This document shows, piece by piece, positions 38,502-47,666 of a stretch of DNA of 61,742 bases. How positions within the stretch are numbered: the stretch's first letter is position 1; each line of letters opens with the position of its first letter. The translations under genes were made by a program, and so were the position numbers. The notes beneath the pieces are model-generated. The model saw only the letters and a program-made list of their open reading frames with translations. It ran no database searches and was not told the origin of the DNA. The stretch spans positions 1 to 61,742 of the forward strand of contig JBJTRI010000083.1 in NCBI GenBank assembly GCA_046076045.1, written 5' to 3'. Source of the DNA: a bacterium (GTDB lineage: Bacteria; Eisenbacteria; RBG-16-71-46).

Positions 38502-38531
38502 TTGACATCGCCGCGCACGGCTTCTTACCAT
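38502..38531 (+). promoter_or_regulatory. sigma70-type promoter of the pyrrolyl-PCP operon
   Basis: TTGACA-N18-TACCAT in an AT-richer divergent intergenic region; inverted repeat GGGTG-ATAA-CACCC at 38455-38468 upstream. Confidence 0.65.
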
Positions 38532-38577
38532 CAATGTCCCCTGTCTTCTTTCCGTAGCGCCTCCCGGAGCCATCCCC

Positions 38578-39453
38578 GTGGCCGCCCCCGCTCCCTCCCC
38601 CTCGGCGCCGGCATTCAGCCGTGCCGCCGCTCCCGAGACGCCGTTCCTCCTGGAATCCGATGGATTCCCGGTCTACGCCGTCCTGCACTCCGCCGCCCCC
38701 GGACGCCCCGACGCGCCGGTGGTGGTGCACGTGCACGGGTTGGGTGTCGAGCAGATCACGCTCTACCGCCAGGAGGTGCTGGTCGCCCGTGCGGCCGCCG
38801 CGCGCGGGCTGCCCGCGCTGCGCTGGCATGCGCGCGGTCACGGCGATTCGGCCGGCTCCAGCGCCGACGTGCGATTCGCCACGCTGGTGGCCGACGCCCG
38901 CGCCGCCGCCGACGAGGCCCGCGCCCGCACGGGGGCGCGCCGCGTGATCTGGTTGGGCGTGCGTCTGGGCGCGCTGGTGGCCGCGCACGCGGCCGCGGGG
39001 CGCGACGACACCGCCGGTTTCGTGCTGTGGGAGCCGGTCGCACGGCCCGCCGACTTCTTCCGACTCCAACTGCGCACGCTGCTGTTCTCGCAGGTCGCGG
39101 GCGGGCGCAAGCCCGACGCCACCGTGGACCAGTTGCTCGCGCGGCTCGAGCACGACGGCGAGCTCGACGTGCTCGGCTACACGCTGCACCGCGACACGGT
39201 CGCGAGCTTCGGGGACGCCGCGCTCGCACCCGCACTGGTCGCGGCCGCCGCCCCGGTGCGGATCGCGCAGGTGCAGGGACGCGCCAAGCTGGCGCCGGCC
39301 CACGCGCAACTCGTCGAGGCGCTGGGTGCGAGCGCCGACGTGCGCACCGAGCTGCTGTCCGAGGAACCCGGCTACCAGCTCATGACGAATCCCGCCTGGC
39401 AGTGCGACGCGCTCACGCGCATCACCGTGGAGTGGCTCGATGCCCTGGCGTGA
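38578..39453 (+). CDS. Alpha/beta hydrolase-fold protein, exosortase-A-associated hydrolase-2 type
   Basis: LRWHARGHGDSAG, nucleophile elbow GVRLG (Arg at the Ser position), VLWEPV..P..F...LR, ELDVLGYTL. Confidence 0.78.
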   Translation: MAAPAPSPSAPAFSRAAAPETPFLLESDGFPVYAVLHSAAPGRPDAPVVVHVHGLGVEQITLYRQEVLVARAAAARGLPALRWHARGHGDSAGSSADVRFATLVADARAAADEARARTGARRVIWLGVRLGALVAAHAAAGRDDTAGFVLWEPVARPADFFRLQLRTLLFSQVAGGRKPDATVDQLLARLEHDGELDVLGYTLHRDTVASFGDAALAPALVAAAAPVRIAQVQGRAKLAPAHAQLVEALGASADVRTELLSEEPGYQLMTNPAWQCDALTRITVEWLDALA

Positions 39454-40378
39454 GACCCCCGCGGAACTGGCGCGCGCGCGCGCGGAGCAGCCGGTGGCGT
39501 TGCCGACGCCGCTCGGCACGCTGTTCGGCATCCACACCCCGCCCGATCCCGCGGCCCCGCGCGCGGCGCACGCCGTGGTGCTGTTCACGCGCCCGCGCTC
39601 GCACCGCAACCGCATGTGGGTCGAGGCCGCGCGCCGACTGGCCGTGCGCGGGTTCGGGACCTACCGCTTCGACTACCACGGTGCGGGCGACTCCGAGGGC
39701 GTGACCGCGTTCCTCGACCCCAACCGGCCGTACCGCGACGACACCGACGCCGTGCTGGGCATGCTGCGCGAGCGCTACGGCTACGAGCGCTTCCTCGTGG
39801 TGGGTTCGTGCTTCGACGCACGCACCGCGATGTCGTCGTTCGTCACGAACGGCGAGCGCGTGGACGGACTGGTGTTCTTCGCCGCGCCCGTCATGGAGCT
39901 CGACACGCTGGTGAAGGCGCACGCCGACCGCAAGGACTGGCGCCACCTCGTGCGCGCGCTCGGCAACCCCGAGAACTGGCGCACGCTGGGCGACCCCGAG
40001 CGCTGGCGCTACATGGCCACCGTGGTGGGGCGCGTGGCGCGCGGCGGGGCGCGCAACGGCGCGCGCAACGACACGCCGCTCGCGGACAGCTTCGTGGAGC
40101 ACTTCCGCGCGCTGGTGCGCGCGCGCGCCCGGGCGCTGTTCGTGTACGGCGAGGCCGACGCGGAGTACGCTTCGTTCAAGGTCGCGCTGGAGACGGTGTT
40201 CCCGCGACTGTCGCCCGCCGAGCGCGAGCGGCTCGAAGTCGAGTTGTGGCCGGGCGACGTGCACGGCTTCCTCAACATCCCGCTGCAGCGCCGGGCGCTC
40301 GAACGCACGCTCGACTGGCTGTCGCGCTTCCATCCGCAGGCCCCGGCGGCTCCCGCCCCGGGTGCCGGGGGTTCGTGA
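39440..40378 (+). CDS. Alpha/beta hydrolase-fold protein, exosortase-A-associated hydrolase-1 type (Cys nucleophile)
   Basis: RNRMWVEAARRLA..G..TYRFDYHGAGDSEG, elbow GSCFDA, YGEAD acid region, DVHGF His. Confidence 0.78.
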   Translation: MPWRETPAELARARAEQPVALPTPLGTLFGIHTPPDPAAPRAAHAVVLFTRPRSHRNRMWVEAARRLAVRGFGTYRFDYHGAGDSEGVTAFLDPNRPYRDDTDAVLGMLRERYGYERFLVVGSCFDARTAMSSFVTNGERVDGLVFFAAPVMELDTLVKAHADRKDWRHLVRALGNPENWRTLGDPERWRYMATVVGRVARGGARNGARNDTPLADSFVEHFRALVRARARALFVYGEADAEYASFKVALETVFPRLSPAERERLEVELWPGDVHGFLNIPLQRRALERTLDWLSRFHPQAPAAPAPGAGGS

Positions 40379-40381
40379 TCC

Positions 40382-41527
40382 ATGGACTTCGAACTCACCG
40401 CCGAGCAGCAGGAGTTGCGCGACGCCGTGCGCGCGTTCGCCCGCGAGGAGCTGAACCACGACCTCGAGGCGCGTGACGAGTCCGGCGAGTTCCCGCGCGC
40501 GGAGTGGCGCAAGTGCGCCGAGTTCGGCGTGCTCGGACTGCCCGTGCCGACCGAGTACGGCGGTCAGGCGCAGGACCTCGTCACGACCACCATCGCCATG
40601 GAGGCGCTGGGCTGGGGCTGCCGCGACAACGGTCTCGTGTTCTCGCTCAACGCCCAGATGTGGGCGGTGCAGATGCCGCTCGTGCACTACGGCAGCGAGG
40701 AGCAGAAGCGCGCGTGGCTCCCGCGCCTGGTGAGTGGTGAGCTCGTGGGCGCGCACGCCATCACCGAGCCCAACGCCGGCTCCGACGTGTTCTCGCTCAC
40801 CACGCGCGCCGAGCGTCGCGACGGTGGCTACGTGCTCAACGGGCAGAAGACGTTCGCCACCAACGCCCCGGTCGCCGACCTCGCGCTGGCGTTCGCCTAC
40901 CTGCAGCGCGACGGGCAGAAGCCCGCGCTGACCGCGTTCCTCGTGCCGCGCGACACGCCCGGGGTGACGTTCGGCAAGCCCATCCCCAAGATGGGCCTTC
41001 GCACCTCGCCCATGGGTGAGGTGGTGTTCGAGGACTGCTTCGTGCCCGAAGCGGCACGACTGGGGCCCGAGGGCGCGGGCATGCGCATCTTCAACTCCGC
41101 CATGGAGTGGGAGCGCGCCTGCATCTTCGCCGGCCATCTCGGTGCCATGGAGCGCCTGCTCGACGACTGCATCGCGTACGCGCGCAAGCGCCGCCAGTTC
41201 GGCCAGCCGATCGCCAAGTTCGAGTCGGTGGCCGACTCCATCGCCGACATGAAGGTGGCGATCGAGGCCGGTCGCTGGCTGCTCTACAAGGTGGGTTGGC
41301 TCGCGGGTCGCGGCAAGAACGCGGTGCTCGAGGCTGCCATGGCCAAGCTGTTCGTGAGCGAGATGCACAAGAAAGCCGCGCTCGACGCGCTGCAGTTGCA
41401 CGGCGGTTACGGCTACATGAAGGAGTACCCGATCGAGCGCGAGGTCCGGAACGCGCTCGCGGGCACGCTGTACTCCGGCACCAGCGAGATCCAGCGCCGC
41501 ATCATCGCGCGCTGCCTCGGTCTCTAG
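40382..41527 (+). CDS. Acyl-CoA dehydrogenase family; L-prolyl-PCP dehydrogenase-like (PltE/RedW/CloN3 type)
   Basis: W.KCAEFG..GL.VP.EYGG, EALG.GC.D.GL.FS, TEPNAGSD, MEWERACIFA.HLGAMERLL, RRQFGQPI, LYSGTSEIQR. Confidence 0.88.
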   Translation: MDFELTAEQQELRDAVRAFAREELNHDLEARDESGEFPRAEWRKCAEFGVLGLPVPTEYGGQAQDLVTTTIAMEALGWGCRDNGLVFSLNAQMWAVQMPLVHYGSEEQKRAWLPRLVSGELVGAHAITEPNAGSDVFSLTTRAERRDGGYVLNGQKTFATNAPVADLALAFAYLQRDGQKPALTAFLVPRDTPGVTFGKPIPKMGLRTSPMGEVVFEDCFVPEAARLGPEGAGMRIFNSAMEWERACIFAGHLGAMERLLDDCIAYARKRRQFGQPIAKFESVADSIADMKVAIEAGRWLLYKVGWLAGRGKNAVLEAAMAKLFVSEMHKKAALDALQLHGGYGYMKEYPIEREVRNALAGTLYSGTSEIQRRIIARCLGL

Positions 41528-41537
41528 GGGAACCTCC

Positions 41538-43136
41538 ATGGACCGCCTGCTCCCACGACTCGTCACACAGGCCGCGCAGCGCAATCCCGCTGCGCCGGCG
41601 GTCGTCATGGACGGCGTCACGCTCGACTACGGCACGCTGGAGGCCCGCTCCAACCGCTTCGCGCGCTCGCTCGTGGCGCACGGCGTGCGCCGGGGCGACC
41701 GCGTCGCGCTGTGGCTGCCCAAGTCGCCCGACGCGATCGTGGCGCTTTACGGGATCATGAAGGCCGGTGCGGCCTACGTGCCCGTGGACCCGGCGGCGCC
41801 CGCGCCGCGTCTGGCGTACATCGCCCGCGACTGCGAGGTGGCCGGGCTGGTGACGACGCGCGACCGCGCGGCCGCACTCGACGAGGCGTTCGCGGGCCGG
41901 GCGCCGATGCGCGCGCTGTGGTTCGCCGACCTCGACGACCCGCGCGCTGAGACGCCGCGCGTCGCCGGGCTGCCCGGCGTGCCGTGGGCGGCGCTCGCCT
42001 CCGAAGGCGCGCAGGCGTTCCATTCGCCCGCACTCGAGGACGACCTCGCCTACATCCTGTACACGAGCGGCAGCACGGGCGAGCCCAAGGGCGTCATGTT
42101 GTCGCACCGCAACTGCCGCGTGTTCACCGACTGGGCGGCCGAGAGCTACGCGCTCACGCCCGCCGATCGCGTGGCGAACCAGGCACCGTTCCACTTCGAC
42201 CTCTCGACCTTCGACCTGTACGCCACCGCGTACGCGGGTGCCGCGGTGTACCCGGTGAGTCCGCGCATCGCCTCGTTCCCGTCGGCGGTCGCGATGCGCT
42301 GGGCACAGGACCGCTTGAGTGTGTGGTACTGCACGCCCAGCTCGCTCGTGCTCATGATGACGCGCGGCGGGCTCGAGAAGCACGACCTGTCGGCGCTGCG
42401 CGTGCTGTTGTTCGCGGGCGAGGTGTTCCCGAACAAGTACCTGCGCCAGCTCATGGCGCTGGCGCCGCACGCGCGCTTCGCCAACCTGTACGGGCCCACC
42501 GAGACGAACGTCTGCACGTGGTACGACGTGCCCGAGCCGCCGGCCGACGACGTCGCGCTGCCGATCGGGCGGGCGTGCCCGTTCGACGAGGCGTTGGTGC
42601 TCGACGAGTCGCTGCGGCGCGTGCCGCAGGGCGGCGTGGGTGAGTTGTGGATCCGCGGCGCCTCGGTCATGCAGGGCTACTGGGGCCGCCCCGAGCGTTC
42701 GGCGCTCGTGATCCAGACCGTCGAGGTGGAGCCCGGTCTGCACGACCGCGCCTACCGCACGGGCGACCTCGTGCGCGAGCGCGCCGACGGCAACCTCGAG
42801 TTCCTGGGTCGTCGCGACCATCAGGTGAAGACCCGCGGCTACCGCGTCGAGTTGGGCGAGATCGAGACGCGACTGGCGTCGCACCCGGCCGTGGACGAGG
42901 TCGTGGTGGTGGCGGTGCCCGACGAGGAGGTCACCAACCGCCTGCGCGCGGTCGTGGTCGTGAAGCCCGACGCGGTCGTGGGCGTGGACGAGCTCAAGCA
43001 GCACTGTGCCGCGACGCTGCCGCGTTATATGGTCCCGGAGGCCGTGGAGTTCCGCGGCAGCCTGCCCCGAACGAGCAGCGGCAAGGTGGATCGCCGTGCG
43101 CTCGCCGAAGCCGACCCCACGAAGGAAGCGCGATGA
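41538..43136 (+). CDS. Stand-alone amino acid adenylation enzyme, predicted L-proline-activating (PltF/RedM type)
   Basis: AYILYTSGSTGEPKGV, FHFDLSTFDLY, LFAGEVFP, NLYGPTETNVC, YRTGD, GYRVELGEIE, PRTSSGKVDR; specificity code read by eye as DLFYLALVCK. Confidence 0.88.
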   Translation: MDRLLPRLVTQAAQRNPAAPAVVMDGVTLDYGTLEARSNRFARSLVAHGVRRGDRVALWLPKSPDAIVALYGIMKAGAAYVPVDPAAPAPRLAYIARDCEVAGLVTTRDRAAALDEAFAGRAPMRALWFADLDDPRAETPRVAGLPGVPWAALASEGAQAFHSPALEDDLAYILYTSGSTGEPKGVMLSHRNCRVFTDWAAESYALTPADRVANQAPFHFDLSTFDLYATAYAGAAVYPVSPRIASFPSAVAMRWAQDRLSVWYCTPSSLVLMMTRGGLEKHDLSALRVLLFAGEVFPNKYLRQLMALAPHARFANLYGPTETNVCTWYDVPEPPADDVALPIGRACPFDEALVLDESLRRVPQGGVGELWIRGASVMQGYWGRPERSALVIQTVEVEPGLHDRAYRTGDLVRERADGNLEFLGRRDHQVKTRGYRVELGEIETRLASHPAVDEVVVVAVPDEEVTNRLRAVVVVKPDAVVGVDELKQHCAATLPRYMVPEAVEFRGSLPRTSSGKVDRRALAEADPTKEAR

Positions 43137-43387
43137 ACCTGACCCCGACCGAAGCCACCGTCCGCCAGTTCCTCGTCGAGGACGTGTTCTACGACCAGGA
43201 CCTCAAGGACCTCGGCCCCGACGACTCGCTGCTCGAGAAGGGGCTGCTCGACTCGATGGCCATCCTGAAGACGGTGACCTTCTGCGAGGAGCAGTTCGGC
43301 GTCACGATCCCCGACGAGGACGTGCTGCCCGACCACTTCGAGAGCGTCCGCGCCATCGCGCAGCTCGTGGAGCGCGTGCGCGGCTGA
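43133..43387 (+). CDS. Peptidyl/acyl carrier protein (PltL/RedO-like)
   Basis: 84 aa acidic protein; GLLDSM phosphopantetheine site; FGVTIPDEDVLPDHFES. Confidence 0.9.
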   Translation: MNLTPTEATVRQFLVEDVFYDQDLKDLGPDDSLLEKGLLDSMAILKTVTFCEEQFGVTIPDEDVLPDHFESVRAIAQLVERVRG

Positions 43388-43402
43388 GCTCGCCCCGCCC
43401 GG

Positions 43403-44170
43403 TCAGTGCGCGATCGGCAGCCGGAACAGGTCCTTGGCGTTGCGCCGCGTGATCGTGACCGCCTGCTCGGGCGTCCAGTCGCGCAACGTGCACAGGCGTG
43501 CGATCACCCGGGTGAGCAGCGACGGTTCGTTGCGGCGCAGCGAACGCGGCTCGGGTTCCAGATAGGGCGCGTCGGTCTCGAGCACCAGCATGTCCTCGGG
43601 GGCGTTGCGCACCGCCTCCTCGAGCGCGGCGTGGCCGTAGGTGAGCACGCCACCCAGCCCGAGCTTGAAGCCGAGGGCCCGGGCGCGTTCCACGGTGGCC
43701 GCGTCCTCGTCGAAGCAGTGCAGCACGCCACCGGCCTGCGGGCGCGCCTCCTCGAGGATGGCCAGCGTGCGCGCGAGCTCGCTGCGCTGGTGGATCACCA
43801 CCGGCAGCCCGACCTCGTCGGCCAGCGCCAGTTGCGCGCGGAACCACGCCTCCTGAGCCTCGAGCGGTGCGTAGTCGCGGAACGTGTCGAGCCCGATCTC
43901 GCCGATCGCCACCACGCGCGGGTGCCGCGCGTGCTCGCGCAGGGTGGGCAGGTGCTCGAGCCCCACCTTGCCGGCCGAGTTGGGGTGCACGCCCACCGCG
44001 AGGAACACGTTGGGGTGCTCGGCCGCGAGTGCGAACGCCCGGTCCCAGATGTCGGGCTCGTAGGCGATCTCGACCAGATGGGTCACGCCCACGTGCCGCG
44101 CGCGATCGAGGACCGCGGTGCGGTCCTTGTCGAAGCGCTTGTCGCACAGGTGGACGTGGGTGTCGATCAT
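43403..44170 (-). CDS. tatD: TatD-family nuclease
   Basis: IDTHVHL, GVHP, IGEIGLD, VIHQR, LHCF, LETDAPYL, RNEP. Confidence 0.94.
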   Translation of the reverse strand: MIDTHVHLCDKRFDKDRTAVLDRARHVGVTHLVEIAYEPDIWDRAFALAAEHPNVFLAVGVHPNSAGKVGLEHLPTLREHARHPRVVAIGEIGLDTFRDYAPLEAQEAWFRAQLALADEVGLPVVIHQRSELARTLAILEEARPQAGGVLHCFDEDAATVERARALGFKLGLGGVLTYGHAALEEAVRNAPEDMLVLETDAPYLEPEPRSLRRNEPSLLTRVIARLCTLRDWTPEQAVTITRRNAKDLFRLPIAH

Positions 44171-44192
44171 CGCGGAGGGCGCGTGTGCGCGC

Positions 44193-45908
44193 TCAGGCGC
44201 CGGTGACGCTCTTGAGGTCGATGCGCGGGAACAGGATGCGCGTCTCGCCCAGCATGCGGCCGTCGCCGCCGGCGTAGCGCGGCTGTGCGTCGGCGTCGCG
44301 CACCTCGCCCGGCTGGCCGGGTAGCGCGAGCACCTCCCACAACGCCTCGCACTTGGCCGGCATGACCGGCCACGACCACACCGCCACCAGCCGCAGCGTC
44401 TCGAGCAGCGCGTTGAGCACCGTCGCCAACTCCTCGCGCCGGTCGTCGTGCTTGCCGAGCTCCCACGGCTTGGTGCGGTCCACGAACTCGTTGGCCCGTT
44501 CGACCACGTCCCAGACGCGCTCGAGCGCGTCCGAGATGCGGATCTCCTCCCACGCCTTCGGCGACTCGGCGGCGGCGGTGGCCGCGGCGGCCGTCACGGC
44601 CTCGAGCGCGGCGCGCGCCTCGTCCGAGAGCGCAGCGGGGTTCCACGCCGACGGCACCTGGCCCTCGAAGTACTTGTGCACGAGCGTCGTGGTGCGGCTG
44701 GCGAGGTTGCCCAGCTTGTTCGCGAGGTGCGTGTTCACGTGCTCCACGAACTGCTCGAGCGTGAACTCACCGTCGCGGCCGGTGGCGAACGAGTCGAGCA
44801 GGTAGAAGCGCAGCGCGTCGGAGCCGAACGTGCGCGTCATCTCGACCGGGTCCACGAGGTTGCCGAGCGACTTGGAGAGCCGCTCGCCGCGCGCGTAGAT
44901 GAAGCCGTGGATGTAGACCTGACGCGGCAGCGGCACGCCCGCGGCGAGCAACAGGGCCGGCCACAGGATGCAGTGGAAGCGGCTGATGTCCTTGCCGATC
45001 AGGTGGAACGCGTTCGTGTAGTAGGCGTCCTTCGTGCCCGCCCACGCCGCGCCCGGCTTGCCCTGGCCGTCGAGGTCCTTGAACTCGTCCTGGCGCGCGG
45101 CGCCGGGACCGCCGACGTCCTTCTGCTTGGCGAGCCACCACAGCGAGTACTTGCGCTCGGGCCAACCCAGCGCGCTCAGGTAGTTGAGCAGCGCGTCGGC
45201 CCACACGTAGGCGACGTGCCCCTCGCCACCCTCGATGTCCTCGGGCAGCGGGATGCCCCACTCGAGGTTGGGGCGCGAGACGCTCACGTCCTGCAGCCCG
45301 CCCTTGATGACGTTGATCACCTCGGTGCGGCGGTAGTCGGGCCAGATGAAGTCGGGGTGCGCCTCGAGGTGCTTGAGCAGCGCCTCGTCGTACTCCGAGA
45401 GGCGGAAGAAGAAGTTGCTCTCCTTCACCTCCTTGGGCTTCACCTTGTGCTCGGGGCAGCGGCCTTCCTCGTCGAGGTCCTTGTCGGTCTTGAACCCCTC
45501 GCAGCCCTCGCAGTACAGCCCGTCGTACTCCTCCTCGTACAGCACGGGCTCGCCCGTCTTGGGGCTGAGCGCGTCCTTGAGGCGGCGGAACAACTCCTCG
45601 ACCGCGAGGTGGTGGCGCTTGTCCGTCGTGCGGATGAACTGGTCGTAGCGCACGTCGAGCAACTGCCACGCGTCCACGAACGACTTGGCGTTGCGGTCCA
45701 CGTACGCGGCCGGCGTCATGCCCGCGGCGGCCGCGGCGCGCGCGATCTTCTGGCCGTGCTCGTCGGTGCCGGTGAGGAAGAACGTGGCATCGCCCTTCTG
45801 GCGATGACGGCGGGCGATGGCGTCGGCGAGCACCTTCTCGTACGCGTGACCCAGATGGGGCTGGCCGTTCACGTAGTCGATGGCGGTCGTGATGTAGAAG
45901 CGGGGCAC
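44193..45908 (-). CDS. metG: Methionine--tRNA ligase (no C-terminal tRNA-binding domain)
   Basis: FYITTAIDYVNG.PHLGH, FLTGTDEHG.K, CEGC...CPEH knuckle, YVWADAL.NY, IGKDI.RFH, RLSKS, LFPRID. Confidence 0.96.
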   Translation of the reverse strand: MPRFYITTAIDYVNGQPHLGHAYEKVLADAIARRHRQKGDATFFLTGTDEHGQKIARAAAAAGMTPAAYVDRNAKSFVDAWQLLDVRYDQFIRTTDKRHHLAVEELFRRLKDALSPKTGEPVLYEEEYDGLYCEGCEGFKTDKDLDEEGRCPEHKVKPKEVKESNFFFRLSEYDEALLKHLEAHPDFIWPDYRRTEVINVIKGGLQDVSVSRPNLEWGIPLPEDIEGGEGHVAYVWADALLNYLSALGWPERKYSLWWLAKQKDVGGPGAARQDEFKDLDGQGKPGAAWAGTKDAYYTNAFHLIGKDISRFHCILWPALLLAAGVPLPRQVYIHGFIYARGERLSKSLGNLVDPVEMTRTFGSDALRFYLLDSFATGRDGEFTLEQFVEHVNTHLANKLGNLASRTTTLVHKYFEGQVPSAWNPAALSDEARAALEAVTAAAATAAAESPKAWEEIRISDALERVWDVVERANEFVDRTKPWELGKHDDRREELATVLNALLETLRLVAVWSWPVMPAKCEALWEVLALPGQPGEVRDADAQPRYAGGDGRMLGETRILFPRIDLKSVTGA

Positions 45909-46038
45909 ACAGGGCTCCGGTCAGAGGGGACGAGCGACGGCCGCGGAGTATAGCGGAAACGCCCCGGTCCCATGAGTGGTTGTGCCACAATCGTTTGGCG
46001 GGGCGGTTGCGGGGCGGGGGCCGAGCGGTGGCTTGCCC

Positions 46039-46065
46039 TGTGATACTCGTCGCCGCACCGCGTAC
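46039..46065 (+). promoter_or_regulatory. Candidate ECF-type autoregulatory promoter
   Basis: TGTGAT-N16-CGTAC ending 8 nt before the GTG start of the ECF sigma gene. Confidence 0.4.
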
Positions 46066-46073
46066 AACCCTCT

Positions 46074-46622
46074 GTGACGACCTTCGGAGATGCCGTGGCC
46101 GCAACGCCCTGGGGCCTGGACCCCGCCCGCGAGGCCGACTGGGACGCGCTCTACGCCGACCAGTTGCCGCGCGTCTACAACTTCCTGCGCTACCGCGTGG
46201 GCGACGACACGCTCGCCGAGGACCTCACCTCGATCGCCTTCGAGAAGGCGTGGGCGGCGCGCCACCGCTACCGCCGCGACCGCGCCGGGTTCTCGACCTG
46301 GTTGTTCACCATCGCCCGCAACGTGGCGGTGGACCACTGGCGTCGGCGACGCCCGCACGCACCGCTCGAGGCGGCCGCGAACGTGCCCGACCCCGCGGAA
46401 CCGGCGGGGCTCGCGGAGCGTCGCGAGTCGCACGCGCGGTTGGTGGACGCACTCGCCACGCTGCCCGACCGCGACCGCGAACTGATCGCACTCAAGTACG
46501 GCGCCGAACTCACCAACCGCGAGATCGCGCGCCAGACCGGACTCACCGAGAGCCATGTCGGCACCCTGCTGCATCGTGCGGTCGGACGACTGCGCGAGCA
46601 GCTGGGGCCCCAGGAGGACTGA
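46074..46622 (+). CDS. ECF RNA polymerase sigma factor
   Basis: LY...LPRVYNF, AEDLTS..F.KAW, FSTWLFTIARN...DHWR, region 4 LPDRDRELIALKY...REIA. Confidence 0.94.
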   Translation: MTTFGDAVAATPWGLDPAREADWDALYADQLPRVYNFLRYRVGDDTLAEDLTSIAFEKAWAARHRYRRDRAGFSTWLFTIARNVAVDHWRRRRPHAPLEAAANVPDPAEPAGLAERRESHARLVDALATLPDRDRELIALKYGAELTNREIARQTGLTESHVGTLLHRAVGRLREQLGPQED

Positions 46623-46624
46623 CG

Positions 46625-47614
46625 ATGGACGACCGATTCCTGCACGAGCACCGCCGTTCGCCCGATCCCGCGTTCGCCCGTTCGCTGCGCAGCCGACTGG
46701 CGAACATCGAGGACGAGACCCCGGCGCGTGCCAGCCACCTGCGCCCGTGGCTCGCCGCCGCGGCCGCGTTGGTGGTGGGCGGGCTCGCGTTCACCGTGCC
46801 TGCGGTTCGTGTCGCCGCGCAGAGTGCGCTCGATTTGTTCCGCGTGCGGTCGTTCGCCGCCGTCCAGGTGGACGAGGCGCGCATGCGTGAGATCGGTGAC
46901 CTGCAGGACGCCAACCCGGCGGGTGCGTTGATGCCGTTCGAGCGCGACGGCGAGGGCCGCGACCCCGGTGAGCCGGTCGAGTACCCCACGGTGCAGGCGG
47001 CCGCGGCCGCCGCCGACCTGCCGGGCGTGCGCACGCCGAGCGCGCTGCCCGCCGAGCTCCGGCTCGAGCGCACGATGGTGACCGGCGAGGGCGAGTCGCG
47101 ACTGGTCGTGCGCGCGGAGCGGCTCGAGCGCCTGCTCGACGCCCTCGCGCTGAGCGACGTGCACGTGCCTTCGGGGCTGGACGGCCAGCGCATCGAGGTG
47201 CGGGTGCCGCACTCGGTCGTGCAGCACTACGGCAACGGCAAGCGCAAGCTGGTGGTGATCGAGGCGCGTAGCCCCGAGGTGTCGCTGCCGCCGGGACTCG
47301 ATCTACGCGAGATGGGCGAGATCGGTCTGCGCGTGCTCGGGCTCGACGCCGCCGAGGCGCGCCGCACCGCCGCGACCATCGACTGGCGCAGCACGCTGCT
47401 CGTGCCCATGCCCACGAACGCGGCCTCGTTCCGGCGCGTCGAGGTGGGCGGCGGCCGCGGCCTGCTCGTGAGCCTCGCGCCGTCGAAGGACGAGTCCGGC
47501 AACCGCCATCGCGGTGGCACGGTGGTCATGTGGAGCCAGTGGGACCGCGTGCACGTGGTGCGCGGGGACGTGTCCGAGCAGGAGGTCCTCGAGGTCGCGC
47601 TGAGCCTGCGGTGA
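46625..47614 (+). CDS. Putative membrane-anchored anti-sigma factor
   Basis: Directly follows the ECF gene; short N-terminal P.PAFA..LR.RL, one TM, periplasmic domain ending ..EVALSLR. Confidence 0.7.
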   Translation: MDDRFLHEHRRSPDPAFARSLRSRLANIEDETPARASHLRPWLAAAAALVVGGLAFTVPAVRVAAQSALDLFRVRSFAAVQVDEARMREIGDLQDANPAGALMPFERDGEGRDPGEPVEYPTVQAAAAAADLPGVRTPSALPAELRLERTMVTGEGESRLVVRAERLERLLDALALSDVHVPSGLDGQRIEVRVPHSVVQHYGNGKRKLVVIEARSPEVSLPPGLDLREMGEIGLRVLGLDAAEARRTAATIDWRSTLLVPMPTNAASFRRVEVGGGRGLLVSLAPSKDESGNRHRGGTVVMWSQWDRVHVVRGDVSEQEVLEVALSLR

Positions 47615-47666
47615 CGCCCGTCCCGCGGTTCGCAGCCGGGTGCGGTCGCGTGCGAGACTGGCGCGC

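Noticed and set aside
41538-43387. DltA/DltC D-alanylation system
   Set aside because: No MBOAT (DltB) or DltD; the adjacent prolyl-PCP-type dehydrogenase and the A-domain pocket point to proline
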